A stretch of DNA of 49,195 bases from a virus (lineage: Duplodnaviria > Caudoviricetes): positions 1 through 49,195 of IMG/VR virus record IMGVR_UViG_3300038379_000063; one strand, given 5' to 3'. Each line of letters starts with the position of its first letter. Within the stretch, counting starts at the first letter, position 1. Shown here in pieces: positions 9,529-19,413 of this stretch. The position numbers and the translations under genes were made by a program. The notes under the pieces are model-generated. The model was not told where the DNA came from and made no database searches. It saw only the letters and a list, made by a program, of their open reading frames with translations.

Positions 9529-11022
9529 TTATTGTGCCGTAGAAACGTTAGCAGTTCTAACCGAACTAGTTAGCAAATCATTAAAAGATTGAACTATTTT
9601 CTTACCTATTTCCTCTGGACTCATACCCGGAGGGGCATTAACGGTAATGTTTGCGGTAGCACCATTAACATTAGTGGTACCGCCGTTCTTATTTGCTGCT
9701 GCTTCAGGATAGAGTGCAGGATAATTAGCGGGGTTAAATTGCCCTCGACGCATAGCTTGTGCAGCTTCTTTACGTTGCTTATCTCGTTCATCCCTTCGTG
9801 CAGCTTCGTCAGGATTAAAGAACCGCAAAGTTTCGCGACGATTTTTCTCGCGATCTTCTATCGGATTAACCGCTTCTTCCAAATCCATAAGAAGGTTCGA
9901 GATACCTTCGTGTACCGGGGCAAAAAACGCTTTATCCCATTCGCCGCGAGCCGCTCTAGCAATGTCGTGAATAGCAACACCTACTCCAGCAACAGCAGCA
10001 GTAACCGCGCCAGCAGTTGCTAATCCTGCCGCTGTAATACCACCCAATGCTGTACCTACGAAAGAACCTGCTTTAGCAGCTATCGGACCTAATCCCCCGA
10101 GCATCCCGACGATGCTTCCCAGCGTACTGGCGAAAGACGCGATTTTGCCTATCGCCCAGATACTAACCAGAGCGATAAGAATAGGTTCTAGAGTATCCCA
10201 ATTCTCAATCATCCAATCGAAAGCGACGACAATTTTATCTAGAACCGTAGCAAAAACCGCAACAGCTTTTTCGACTTTACGAAATAGTTTTTCTTGATTA
10301 TCAGTGTTCGATAACCAGGTCTGAAGTCGCCCGAGATATTTCTCTACTACCGGAAGAAGCGTGGTCGCGATAACCGCTTTGACTTTTCGGATTGTGAAAC
10401 TAAAATCGTTAAATTTATCATCCGCTTCTTCGAACATTTTTACTTGTTCGGGCGAGATAATAATACCTAAACGTTCCGCTTCTTTCCGAAGCTCGGCGAT
10501 GCCTTTCTTTCCCTTACTAAGAAAAGGCACTAGTTCGGCACCTTGTTTGCCGAAGATTTCCATCGCTCGGGCGATCTTCTGTCCTTCTGGTAGTTTCTCG
10601 AAAGCGTCCGCTACCTCTAACAAAAGCTCATCTGGTTTTAAACTTTTAAGTTCGCTAACCGATACACCGAGTTGCCGGAAATTCTTCCGCATCTCTTTGT
10701 TACCGTTAGCTGCTGCGAAAGCGTTCTTAGTGAGGAACTTTAGACCTTGAGTCAAACTTGAAAACTCAAGATCCGATCGTTTTGCTGCAAACTCTAGTTC
10801 CTGTAGAGCAGTAGTACCGATGTTTAGTTGGTTGGATACTTTGGCGAGATTGTCGCCTAATTCCACGCTATCGGTAACAAGGTCTTTTAAAAACCTTACG
10901 CCTTGGAAAACACCTAATGCAACTAGACCCTGCTTAACCCCTTTCAAAAGACGGTCTGCAGCCGAAAAGGATTTCTTATCGACTTTCAGACCGAGTTTTG
11001 CAAAGAGATCAGCGACTTGCAT
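9529..11022 (-). CDS. Tape measure protein
   Basis: Long alpha-helical Ala/Gly-rich protein after the tail chaperone. Confidence 0.88.
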   Translation of the reverse strand: MQVADLFAKLGLKVDKKSFSAADRLLKGVKQGLVALGVFQGVRFLKDLVTDSVELGDNLAKVSNQLNIGTTALQELEFAAKRSDLEFSSLTQGLKFLTKNAFAAANGNKEMRKNFRQLGVSVSELKSLKPDELLLEVADAFEKLPEGQKIARAMEIFGKQGAELVPFLSKGKKGIAELRKEAERLGIIISPEQVKMFEEADDKFNDFSFTIRKVKAVIATTLLPVVEKYLGRLQTWLSNTDNQEKLFRKVEKAVAVFATVLDKIVVAFDWMIENWDTLEPILIALVSIWAIGKIASFASTLGSIVGMLGGLGPIAAKAGSFVGTALGGITAAGLATAGAVTAAVAGVGVAIHDIARAARGEWDKAFFAPVHEGISNLLMDLEEAVNPIEDREKNRRETLRFFNPDEAARRDERDKQRKEAAQAMRRGQFNPANYPALYPEAAANKNGGTTNVNGATANITVNAPPGMSPEEIGKKIVQSFNDLLTSSVRTANVSTAQ

Positions 11023-11251
11023 TGCGTTTTCTTATCCGTTCCTCTGCTGCCTGCCATTCATCCAAGGCGCGGCAACCTAACTCCAAATCATCAATACTTA
11101 TTTTATCAAATTCCGACATTTGGAGTTTACCTTCTAACCATAATCGCCATAAAGGCCAACAGGTTAGGATGTCTTCGTCAAGCTTAAGCGGTTCGCCTTC
11201 CGTTTTTTGTCCTGGGTTTCTACTGGTTTGGCGAACCCTCCGGCGAAAAAA
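11009..11251 (-). CDS. -1 frameshift extension of the tail chaperone (gpGT-like), not in the ORF track
   Basis: Slippery T-TTT-TTC at 11245-11251. The -1 frame is open to TGA 11009-11011 (...CWPLWRLWLEGKLQMSEFDKISIDDLELGCRALDEW...). Confidence 0.8.
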   Translation of the reverse strand, partial: FFRRRVRQTSRNPGQKTEGEPLKLDEDILTCWPLWRLWLEGKLQMSEFDKISIDDLELGCRALDEWQAAEERIRKRNASR

Positions 11252-11622
11252 TCGGCAAAATTTACCTCCAAGACAAAACGCATCGCGTTAAGCATAGAGA
11301 CGAACTTCCCGGCAAACACCATGTTAACCATGGCATCGGTATTGAGCGGTGATAGCTTTCCTTCGCTTTGTGCTGAGGTATTAGCGAAGATCTCTAGGAT
11401 GAGGTTCGTAGAGTCAACTTCATTAAGTTGCCCGAATAGCGAAGCTAGAGCGGGCCCTAACTCTTTAACGTCGGATTCAGGATCGATATCCCCGATTGCC
11501 CCTAGTGCGGGCGCGAGGATTTTACCAAGTTTCGCCATAAGCGGGAACGCCCGCATCGGCGGTAATTGGGTAGTAGTGATCATTATCCCGTCGATTTCGC
11601 GGGATTCCTGTTTCAGTGACAT
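11164..11622 (-). CDS. Tail assembly chaperone (gpG-like)
   Basis: Lies between tube and TMP. Ends ..VLEVNFADFF at a slippery site. Confidence 0.85.
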   Translation of the reverse strand: MSLKQESREIDGIMITTTQLPPMRAFPLMAKLGKILAPALGAIGDIDPESDVKELGPALASLFGQLNEVDSTNLILEIFANTSAQSEGKLSPLNTDAMVNMVFAGKFVSMLNAMRFVLEVNFADFFAGGFAKPVETQDKKRKANRLSLTKTS

Positions 11623-11639
11623 GTTCCCTCCTAGTTAGA

Positions 11640-12071
11640 TTAGAGTACCGCGCCACCCACAAACTTAATAAGTTGGGCGCAGTCGATAACCCATTCCCGC
11701 CCGCTAGCTTCATCGGCAAACTCGGTAACGGGAAGTTTTCGAATCCAAGCGATAGGCGCTTGAAGAAGCGTATTACCGTTAAGGTCCTTAATCATGATCG
11801 AACCAAAACCGGTGCCAAACGCTTCGTCTTCCGCAGCAACAGCCGAAAGTAGGTCGTTACTCGGAGATGCGGCTTGAAGTGTAAAGGTAACACTACCCGT
11901 CATATCGCGACTACGAACACGGGTAACATCTCCGCCCGCACCTACTTGCATTGAGAAAGCATCTTCGGTGCGTTCTGCGGAGATGAACGTTCCGTCCATA
12001 AAACCTAGAAGATTGATACCACGAAAACTCGCTACCACTCTTCCCGGATCATAGTTATTAAAAAGCGCCAT
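11640..12071 (-). CDS. Tail tube protein (DUF3277-like)
   Basis: YDP..V...F.G..L.GF.DGTFI, VGA.G and G.VT.TL...SPSN motifs. Confidence 0.88.
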   Translation of the reverse strand: MALFNNYDPGRVVASFRGINLLGFMDGTFISAERTEDAFSMQVGAGGDVTRVRSRDMTGSVTFTLQAASPSNDLLSAVAAEDEAFGTGFGSIMIKDLNGNTLLQAPIAWIRKLPVTEFADEASGREWVIDCAQLIKFVGGAVL

Positions 12072-12082
12072 TATCTATCTCC

Positions 12083-13405
12083 TTAAACCGAAACAACACC
12101 CGAGATGGTTACCTTGTGAATTGCTCCGGCAAGAGTTGCGGAGAATTTAACATCAGGAAGAAGTCGCAACGCCTTATTAGACGTGGAAACATCCGCGACT
12201 TTAGGCACGGTAACGACGGGCGTTGGATCATCAGCAAGAATGCCACGATCTACCGCCCTACGAAGCGAGCCGCGAACCTCTGCTTCAATAACCGCAACAC
12301 CAGCATCCGTATACGGAATCTTGTTCGCGCCCGCTAGTGCTTCAAAAACGCTCTTAGACATATCATCGTCGAGCCAATCTAGACCACGCTGAACATCCAG
12401 GAAATCTCCGTCCGAAGTAGTGCCCTCGAACGTAATCGCGACACCAGCAACTTCCTGATAGGAATTTGCGGAACGGTTAACTAGGTTCGTGCGTTGGGTC
12501 GCGGTAAACGAAACCGGATCTACACCTGCTAGCGTCTTAAACTTCCAAGTTTCGCTACCGGGTTCAAGCGGTAAACAACGTCCCAACCAAGCTGCGCCAA
12601 ACATTTCAGCAGGACTAGGATGATAAGCACCCATAGTGCGAGCATAATTGGCGGTACCAAGATCATCGAGAGTATCGCTGTTTCCAGTCGCCGTAGTAAT
12701 AGCATCCGACTCGTTAACATCTGGAAGGTAGACCTTCTTTTGTGCCTCGATCCACGCGGCAGCAGCTAGCACGTATGCGTTGCTGTTATAAAGCGTATAC
12801 AGAGCGTACCAATCATCGTTCTCAGTTTGGATGGCAGCAAGATCCGCAGCGATGCCGGGATCCGCGTGAGTTTGAGCGATCTCCAAATCCGCAGGATTGA
12901 TTTCTAGAGAAAACCATTCCCCCGCAGCATCGCCAGTAACCGTAAAAGGAGAAGTGGCGCCCGCAGCGATGTAGTTATTACCTGTAACCGCGTTAAGTGC
13001 GGCAACCAAACCCACCACAATTTCGCCATCGGTCGCAGAAGCATCGGATGTATAAGTGGCGGTAGTATCGGTAACTCCGTCGCCTCTAACAACAATATTG
13101 TAGGCGTGGGAGTTACGAACCGTAGCAACGCTGAGCGTATACACCTGCGTAGGTTTATTTACCGCGCGCCCGATAGCAATTCGCTCGGGATGGGGCTGCT
13201 GAGAAAACATCGCTTGTGCAGCGAGATACTCAGGACCGGTAGTTGAAAAACCGTCATCCACCACACCAGCAAGATCATTATAAAAACGGATTCTTTCCGG
13301 GAAGGTAGCATTAGCGGAAAGGATCATCGGAACGCCGAATCCCGCGCGGGCGACACCCAGTGAATCTTGAGTGATAGTTAAACTTACATGATCGCTGAGG
13401 GGCAT
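12083..13405 (-). CDS. Tail sheath protein (DUF3383-like)
   Basis: PEYLAA..MFSQ.P.P, WKFKTLAGV, FLDV..G.DWL and KIPYTDAG motifs. Confidence 0.92.
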   Translation of the reverse strand: MPLSDHVSLTITQDSLGVARAGFGVPMILSANATFPERIRFYNDLAGVVDDGFSTTGPEYLAAQAMFSQQPHPERIAIGRAVNKPTQVYTLSVATVRNSHAYNIVVRGDGVTDTTATYTSDASATDGEIVVGLVAALNAVTGNNYIAAGATSPFTVTGDAAGEWFSLEINPADLEIAQTHADPGIAADLAAIQTENDDWYALYTLYNSNAYVLAAAAWIEAQKKVYLPDVNESDAITTATGNSDTLDDLGTANYARTMGAYHPSPAEMFGAAWLGRCLPLEPGSETWKFKTLAGVDPVSFTATQRTNLVNRSANSYQEVAGVAITFEGTTSDGDFLDVQRGLDWLDDDMSKSVFEALAGANKIPYTDAGVAVIEAEVRGSLRRAVDRGILADDPTPVVTVPKVADVSTSNKALRLLPDVKFSATLAGAIHKVTISGVVSV

Positions 13406-13428
13406 TTTTCCTCCGACTATATTTTATC

Positions 13429-13980
13429 TTAGGTTGGGTCTGAAGGCACGTAAGTGCTCGTGCCTTCGTCTTCGTTTTCTAGTTCCACAAACTCGATAAA
13501 CGTTGAAGTTTCTTCTACTTCTTCCGATAAGAAAAACCTACATTCCACTATAGCACGCGGTTCATATACACTCTCACCTAGCACCCCGTCAAGTGATTGA
13601 ACCGGTCCGAACCCTGCCATCCCGATACCTGCGGTGTTAAAGACATCCCGGCGACTTTGGAGATTCGCTTTAGAAACAGCGGTATGGAGAAGTGTAACAG
13701 GTTGATCGAACGTCCCGCCGTATGCTTGAAGACTAAGCAGGCATTCCCTTTGTCCGCGAGATCTATGGAGAATTTCGTTGCCTGCGGTAGGGGTAGGATT
13801 GTCTAGAACATCCAACCAATCCTGTCCTATACGTCTTATGTTAATTAAACGTAGAGTTATATACGGGGCGGTAGGACGGGGATGGTTCTGTTGCGCCCAT
13901 ACCACGCGAGTGGTAGGGATTCCGGTAGCAGTAGAAACCCATGCCTGTAGAGCGTTTCTAACTGTGGACCAGGTAATCAT
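13429..13980 (-). CDS. Tail terminator / neck protein
   Basis: VVWAQQN.PRP..PYIT motif. Precedes the sheath gene. Confidence 0.78.
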   Translation of the reverse strand: MITWSTVRNALQAWVSTATGIPTTRVVWAQQNHPRPTAPYITLRLINIRRIGQDWLDVLDNPTPTAGNEILHRSRGQRECLLSLQAYGGTFDQPVTLLHTAVSKANLQSRRDVFNTAGIGMAGFGPVQSLDGVLGESVYEPRAIVECRFFLSEEVEETSTFIEFVELENEDEGTSTYVPSDPT

Positions 13981-14345
13981 GGTGTCACCAACCTAGAAAC
14001 GAATGCCCGGTAATGATCTCCGCTCAAATTCAACCCAAATGCTTCCCAGCGTTCGACTCTAAAGACTTCCCACGCTTCCCCGTTAATAGTGATTTTATCT
14101 CCGGCATTCGAAGGATCTCGGGTCTTTAGCTCGGTAGTAGTGTAGACTACCTTGGTTTCGTTCGCGTGTTGGCCTTCTGGAAGGACTTGTAAATCACGAC
14201 CTGTAACCGGTTGAATGGATGCCGTGATATCAAAGGTGCTAGTAGTACCAAGAGCATAAACGCCGTTAGTGAACGAACCTCCGCCCGTACGAGTAACCTT
14301 ATAAGTACCCGTATAGAAAGAAGTTATTACGTCTGAAAGCGGCAT
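13977..14345 (-). CDS. Head closure (head-tail joining) protein
   Basis: ASIQP..G.DLQ.LPEG and D.I.I.G..W.V motifs. Confidence 0.8.
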   Translation of the reverse strand: MPLSDVITSFYTGTYKVTRTGGGSFTNGVYALGTTSTFDITASIQPVTGRDLQVLPEGQHANETKVVYTTTELKTRDPSNAGDKITINGEAWEVFRVERWEAFGLNLSGDHYRAFVSRLVTP

Positions 14346-14812
14346 TATTTTTTATGCACTTCCCAGGTGATAGCGTTTAAAAGTTGTCCGGTATCGACTA
14401 GCGGACGGGTAGAACCTTTCCGCTCGATCGTCTTAGGTTTAAGCGGGGGCGGAATAGGTTCGCCGGTAATCGTGTTCTTAACAGCAGAAGCACCCCAAGC
14501 GCCTAGTCTGTCCAAAGCGTTATTTAAAGGTAACTCCTTAGAAAAGACTTGTTTCGTTAAGATCTCAACGTTTTTAACTAGTTCTTTTCTTTTCTCGTGG
14601 AAGGTTCGGCGGATAAAACTACGCTCCGGGATCCCAGCATTAGGCGCGCCGAATTCGTGGACCGCAGCAAGCTCTACTACCGAGATCCCGCCGTGGTCTG
14701 CCGAACCGCCCTTCTTAGCAATAATACCTACACGAACGTGCGGATCCGATTGCTTAAGAAGTCTTTTCTTAAGCTTCTGCCAAGCTTTATCGTCTCCGTA
14801 GATTGCCGCCAT
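14345..14812 (-). CDS. Neck / tail completion protein
   Basis: A.VHEFG....IPERSFIR and TI.RKGS.RPLVDTG motifs. Confidence 0.85.
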   Translation of the reverse strand: MAAIYGDDKAWQKLKKRLLKQSDPHVRVGIIAKKGGSADHGGISVVELAAVHEFGAPNAGIPERSFIRRTFHEKRKELVKNVEILTKQVFSKELPLNNALDRLGAWGASAVKNTITGEPIPPPLKPKTIERKGSTRPLVDTGQLLNAITWEVHKK

Positions 14813-15522
14813 TATAGAACTATCGGAGATCGTGCCGCGCTTCTCATAAGAAGCTCACGATACATCCGTCCGTAAGGAGTAGCGTCTAGAAGCGGATCCG
14901 CTTCCGTTGAAGACATGAAACCATAGGAGCGAGTAAGACCGCCCGCAGTTTCGGAAGTTACCGGTCCTGCTGCGCCGCTAGCACCGGAAGAAGAAACAGT
15001 TCCCATATGAGCTGCCATATACAAGCGAGCTAGACGAAGCTGCGGGGAACCTTCTCCGCCCCAACATTCGACATGCAAAGCGGTGTTTACATATTCGAGG
15101 ATTGCGCCTTGGGTATATGGATTGGTGTTTGCCAAAGTAGGTGCGATTGCCGCAACTTCGCCCCATACGATTGCGTTCGGTCCACACACTAGGAGCGGGG
15201 ATGGCGCGATAGCAATCTCGGGAGTAACCCCACTAACATCGACGAAAACCTGATAGGTGTACGCACCGTTTTCTAGCGTAGCGATTTCGGCGGACGAAAA
15301 GAAAACGTCCGCTAGACCTAGTGTTGGAGGGGTACGAATCGTGATTTCCGCTGGAACCGTTGAGCTACGATAGAGAACTTCCGTCCCGTTTTTATAGATA
15401 ATCAGACGAACTACATCGCTCGTAAGGTCGAACGGATCTCCGTCCGAATCGGTAAGCGTGAGAAGTACCGCGGCGGTATCGCCTTGCTTTAGAGTGATAT
15501 GTCCACCGATGCTCATGGGCAA
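14812..15522 (-). CDS. Head-tail adaptor (DUF4054-like) fused to an N-terminal BppU-like Ig domain
   Basis: C-terminal LY.AAH...G.VTSET.G.L.RSY...TPYG..Y. N-terminal I.L.QGDT....L.D.DG.P.DLT. Confidence 0.75.
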   Translation of the reverse strand: MPMSIGGHITLKQGDTAAVLLTLTDSDGDPFDLTSDVVRLIIYKNGTEVLYRSSTVPAEITIRTPPTLGLADVFFSSAEIATLENGAYTYQVFVDVSGVTPEIAIAPSPLLVCGPNAIVWGEVAAIAPTLANTNPYTQGAILEYVNTALHVECWGGEGSPQLRLARLYMAAHMGTVSSSGASGAAGPVTSETAGGLTRSYGFMSSTEADPLLDATPYGRMYRELLMRSAARSPIVL

Positions 15523-15956
15523 CCTACTTTCCCGCTAATCGAAATATTCGAAATCGCGCCACTAACCCCGATATTACCAATACTTCCGCAAACTTCTTCC
15601 GCGCCAATCGCGCCACTAATATCGTCTCCGGCAGTAGTACCGGATACCGAATCCTCAGAAATAATCCCTACAATCTCATCCCGAATCACGAAATCTTCAG
15701 GGGTAGTGTCGAATCCGTGAACTGTAAGGATGTCTCCGGTCTTAGGTGCGCATCCGGCGATAAAAGTAAACTTACTAAGAGTAGGGTCGCTCTCTGTGTA
15801 TTCTACCGATTCTTCATTACCGTTTACGAAGACCGCGAGAGTACCGGGTTGATATCCCCCGATAGGCAATCCGCCGATAGTAAACGTTAAAGTTACCCCG
15901 TTCGGTAGAGGGGTAACCTCTCCGAGCGTAGATAACTTTTTGAAAAAACTAGGCAT
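15513..15956 (-). CDS. Putative virion structural protein (beta-rich)
   Basis: PNGV..TFT...Y.PG.L.VFVNG...Y.E...FTF...APKTGD.L pattern typical of fibre/baseplate repeat domains. Confidence 0.5.
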   Translation of the reverse strand: MPSFFKKLSTLGEVTPLPNGVTLTFTIGGLPIGGYQPGTLAVFVNGNEESVEYTESDPTLSKFTFIAGCAPKTGDILTVHGFDTTPEDFVIRDEIVGIISEDSVSGTTAGDDISGAIGAEEVCGSIGNIGVSGAISNISISGKVGCP

Positions 15957-16170
15957 TTTTGAAGTAGTATATCACGACATGATCCCCGAGCTTCGGGGTA
16001 AACGGTAACTGTATAGAATTCGGCGGGATTTCTACGACGCCTTCTACTAAGGTGTTTCCATTAACTCGGGGAAGAATCTTTCCGGGCTCATAGTTTTGTG
16101 AAACTGAAAACGTGTCGGTTAATCCGTCTACAAAAGAAGAAACATCTTCTTTTTTCCAAACCTTCATCAA
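15949..16170 (-). CDS. Putative virion structural protein, distant paralog of 15513-15956
   Basis: DG....F.....Y.PG.I...VNG.....E......F.PK.GD.V.I.Y. Confidence 0.5.
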   Translation of the reverse strand: MMKVWKKEDVSSFVDGLTDTFSVSQNYEPGKILPRVNGNTLVEGVVEIPPNSIQLPFTPKLGDHVVIYYFKNA

Positions 16171-16466
16171 TAGAACCCAATAACTTCCGCTAGGACTCCG
16201 CCCAAAATTGCCGAACCGATAAGAGCTAGAGCGGTAATAAATAACTTCTTATTCGAACCTGCGGCAGTATCTCTAAACCAATGCCAGGCAAGCAAACCCA
16301 TACCTGCGGTAATCAGATGCGCTACCCAGAAATGATTCTTAGACCAGGTAGTGATACGTGCAGAATAAGTATTATTTGGCGTTCCATCCATCGCTAGATA
16401 AACATCAAAAGCAATAATAACAGCGGTAAGAATACCAACTAACCAACTAACCGCTCGTTTTTTCAT
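16167..16466 (-). CDS. Small three-TM membrane protein
   Basis: Three hydrophobic segments. Confidence 0.6.
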   Translation of the reverse strand: MKKRAVSWLVGILTAVIIAFDVYLAMDGTPNNTYSARITTWSKNHFWVAHLITAGMGLLAWHWFRDTAAGSNKKLFITALALIGSAILGGVLAEVIGFY

Positions 16467-16581
16467 CCTTCTTCTCCGGTTGATATGGCGGGACTACATC
16501 AGCAATACGTATACCTTTGGGAAGTTTCTTCTTCTCCGTAGGTTGAACTTCTTGACCGTTGATAACTACTTTATTATTCAT
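16447..16581 (-). CDS. Small hypothetical protein (44 aa), not in the ORF track
   Basis: MNNKVVINGQEVQPTEKKKLPKGIRIADVVPPYQPEKKDEKTSG fills the gap and overlaps both neighbours. Confidence 0.6.
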   Translation of the reverse strand: MNNKVVINGQEVQPTEKKKLPKGIRIADVVPPYQPEKKDEKTSG

Positions 16582-17038
16582 AACTTAATATCACGGTTTT
16601 AAACTGGACATCAACTAGTCCGGTAGACTGGTAGCTTGTTCTAAGATACAAACCAGCCATTACCGGGAATGCTCCGCCTACCATAAAGGTTTGTCTCTGT
16701 CCAATAAGAGAGGGGACTACATAGTCTTTTTTAACGTATTTTTTAAGCTCTAAAATCCCGCCTTGGGGGATTCCGTAAGTCGAAAACAAACCTAGAACAT
16801 CATCTTTATCAACTACGGAAAACTCTACATAATCGCCTACTACGGCTTGTCCGGTTTCAACTAAAGAGTACCACCCACCGCGAAGCTTAATCTCTTCGGT
16901 GATAAGCTCATCAAAAATAGAGCATGCCCCTGCGGTAGCAGTATAGAGAAAACCTTTCCAAGTAGGATCGAGTCCTTCGGTAGATTCCCAGGAAGGGGCA
17001 TACACTAAACGCCCATCTTCTGTTACTGGAATACTCAT
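16574..17038 (-). CDS. Hypothetical beta-sandwich virion protein
   Basis: Coupled ORF (ATGA overlap) in the structural operon. Confidence 0.55.
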   Translation of the reverse strand: MSIPVTEDGRLVYAPSWESTEGLDPTWKGFLYTATAGACSIFDELITEEIKLRGGWYSLVETGQAVVGDYVEFSVVDKDDVLGLFSTYGIPQGGILELKKYVKKDYVVPSLIGQRQTFMVGGAFPVMAGLYLRTSYQSTGLVDVQFKTVILSYE

Positions 17039-17439
17039 ATCTCATAACCTTTCCACCGTGCGAAAGTGTCGGCATTTCCGCCGATTCTTCTAATACGCAT
17101 AACGATCTCGCCGGAAGAAAAGCTCTCATCCATTTCTATTTGCTGTACATTAGCATCGGCGAAAAGTTTGTATAGAAGTGTCGCGTTTGAAAGAGCTACA
17201 CCCGAATCAACACGATAATGTAGCTCTACATAAGCGCCGGAATTATCGGCGGACAAAATCAAACGTTGTAGTTTGAGTGTTCTATTCTTTGTTATTGGAC
17301 GAACTATATCAACGAAACTATTGTTGTTGAGAGTACCATTATAGATACTGCCTACTGCGGTCATACCTAAATTAGAAGGATGTTCCGCTGATAAGATTTG
17401 GACTACCGGGATCCCGTCTATTGTTTTTGGTACGCCCAT
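17035..17439 (-). CDS. Hypothetical beta-sandwich virion protein
   Basis: Coupled ORF. Its N-terminus (VP.T.DG..V) resembles that of 16574-17038. Confidence 0.55.
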   Translation of the reverse strand: MGVPKTIDGIPVVQILSAEHPSNLGMTAVGSIYNGTLNNNSFVDIVRPITKNRTLKLQRLILSADNSGAYVELHYRVDSGVALSNATLLYKLFADANVQQIEMDESFSSGEIVMRIRRIGGNADTFARWKGYEI

Positions 17440-18449
17440 TATGCGTTCACTTTAGTAAAGATAAAAAGAATATCAAAAGAACCTGCGGTAGAGTTCGTGG
17501 CAAACTTCAAATGCAAGCCTTCTCCGGGACGTGCAATAAAAGCTTTTTGTACAGAATCTCTTTTCACTCGCGCCGGCATATAGTTCTCGAATCCGTGATT
17601 ATGCCCTTCAACATCAAGTGTACCGGGTCCCCACTCATCTGTAGAGATGCGCATGACATCTAACAAAGTACTGGTTTCTCCGGCTACCGTGCCACCAGTC
17701 TTACAAACTAGACCGGAAGGCAAAGCGTCTGCCGAATCGTGCGCGGTAGGAGTTACATCGGTACCTGCTGTAATTCCCGGAGTCCCTGCTCTAATCGGAT
17801 GAAGCTCAAAAACACCAGCTACACCAGTAACTGCTGTTGTTTGAGCGTTTCGCACGTAATATTCTCTAAGCTTAATTATGTAACCGGAACCACTTGGATT
17901 AAGTAGACCTAACATCGATTTGTTATTCCCAACCGTGACCGCCGTAGCAACAGCAGTATACGTGGCTTCTTCGCCTGCACCGGAAGTGGTGATTGGGATG
18001 GCTTGCTGATCGCTAGAGATAGCAACAGGCAAGGAGTTCGCCATTGTCTTCTGCCCTACCGTAGGGGCAGTAGAACCTAACCAGGCACCGTTATTTACAT
18101 CTAGTCTGCTTCCTACGAGCGATGATGGAAGTTGTGGTGTATCAACGGTAAGACTTCCGGCATTATCTGAAACCGGCTGTACGGCAGGAAAGTTTGAAAC
18201 TGAAATTGAACCGTCTACCGTTAAACTTCCACCATTATCGGTAATAGGTTGCGCGGTAGTACCCGTGGGATCGGTGCGAACCGTTCCATCCGATGCTACC
18301 CGAATCATCCGGGCATTAGAACCGTCTTTACCGGCAATAACTAATGCTTCCGCAGAACCGATAGCGGCACCATCCACAAGCGTAATAACATTACCATCAG
18401 CATCTACAAGGTAAACACCGGGCTGATTAACGACTACCACACCACTCAT
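17439..18449 (-). CDS. Putative fibre-like virion protein
   Basis: QP.TDN.GSLTVD repeats and a GQKTMANSLPV.I.SDQ shaft motif. Confidence 0.55.
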   Translation of the reverse strand: MSGVVVVNQPGVYLVDADGNVITLVDGAAIGSAEALVIAGKDGSNARMIRVASDGTVRTDPTGTTAQPITDNGGSLTVDGSISVSNFPAVQPVSDNAGSLTVDTPQLPSSLVGSRLDVNNGAWLGSTAPTVGQKTMANSLPVAISSDQQAIPITTSGAGEEATYTAVATAVTVGNNKSMLGLLNPSGSGYIIKLREYYVRNAQTTAVTGVAGVFELHPIRAGTPGITAGTDVTPTAHDSADALPSGLVCKTGGTVAGETSTLLDVMRISTDEWGPGTLDVEGHNHGFENYMPARVKRDSVQKAFIARPGEGLHLKFATNSTAGSFDILFIFTKVNA

Positions 18450-18886
18450 GAAAGCACCCTATCAATATCGTTAAGAGTGTTTCCGGTATAGTTAAAGGTT
18501 TCGGTTAGAGTCTCTACCACCGAACCACCAACATTGTATTGTTTAGTAACTATCTGAGTTACTTTATTTCCGGTGTAAGTAAACTCTTGTTCGCGAACTT
18601 TAGTTACTTTGGTGTCATCGGTGTAGATACGAACCGCGTCTACTCGACTGCCTGTATACTCGTATTCTTCGTACGAGGTTTCCGCAATCTCATGAACTAG
18701 CTGATCTACTGGTCTGTGGGTTACTTCCGTTAACCCTCCCCCACCTGAGCGGGGATCGAAAACACCGATAGAATCCCGCAACCGAAAAGCGCCAGAACGA
18801 TACCCTATCTGCCCTACAACTGTGGGATCCGCATCTGCTTCTGGCAGATCGACGAACTCACCTACAGGATCGCGGGTAGTAGCCAT
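18446..18886 (-). CDS. Hypothetical protein with YD-like beta-hairpin repeats
   Basis: Repeats EYEYTGSRV, EFTYTGNKV and TFNYTGNTL. Confidence 0.5.
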   Translation of the reverse strand: MATTRDPVGEFVDLPEADADPTVVGQIGYRSGAFRLRDSIGVFDPRSGGGGLTEVTHRPVDQLVHEIAETSYEEYEYTGSRVDAVRIYTDDTKVTKVREQEFTYTGNKVTQIVTKQYNVGGSVVETLTETFNYTGNTLNDIDRVLS

Positions 18887-19407
18887 TACTTCCTAAGTTT
18901 ACGAAGTTTCCGGGGTGTAATAGGAACCGGTGGTTCATCTTCTCTAACTGCCGGTTTTTCATCGCCTTTTTCTTCCTGTACAGGAACCTGTACATTATCC
19001 TGTACAGGAGAATCCTCCTGGTCACGCAACCTTGCCATCGCCTTATGAGCTTCCGCTTGCTTCCGCATCTGTTCAGCGGTAGAAGCTGCCATATATGCCT
19101 TACCTTCTTCTTTCAAGGCACCTTCGTTAGCGTTCTGGTATGCTTCCGCGCAAAGCTTACCCATACGGGTGGCAAGTTCTTTAACGAAGCGAATAACTAG
19201 TGCCCTAGTATCCGCGTCATTAACATCCGGGGAACTCTCGATGCTTTGTACTACTTCTGAAAAGTGTACCGAGATTTTGTCCCCGAGTTGCCTGGAAGCT
19301 TGTTTAGCTCCCAGGTACTCAAGGGAAGTATTAACAGCGACCTTACTCTTTCTATCGAGTTCGGTCGCTTGATTAAAGAGTGTTTCGTAGATTATCTCTG
19401 TCTTCAT
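18886..19407 (-). CDS. Hypothetical alpha-helical protein (possible chaperone)
   Basis: Helical and charged with a disordered tail. Coupled ORF. Confidence 0.5.
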   Translation of the reverse strand: MKTEIIYETLFNQATELDRKSKVAVNTSLEYLGAKQASRQLGDKISVHFSEVVQSIESSPDVNDADTRALVIRFVKELATRMGKLCAEAYQNANEGALKEEGKAYMAASTAEQMRKQAEAHKAMARLRDQEDSPVQDNVQVPVQEEKGDEKPAVREDEPPVPITPRKLRKLRK

Positions 19408-19413
19408 TCATTA

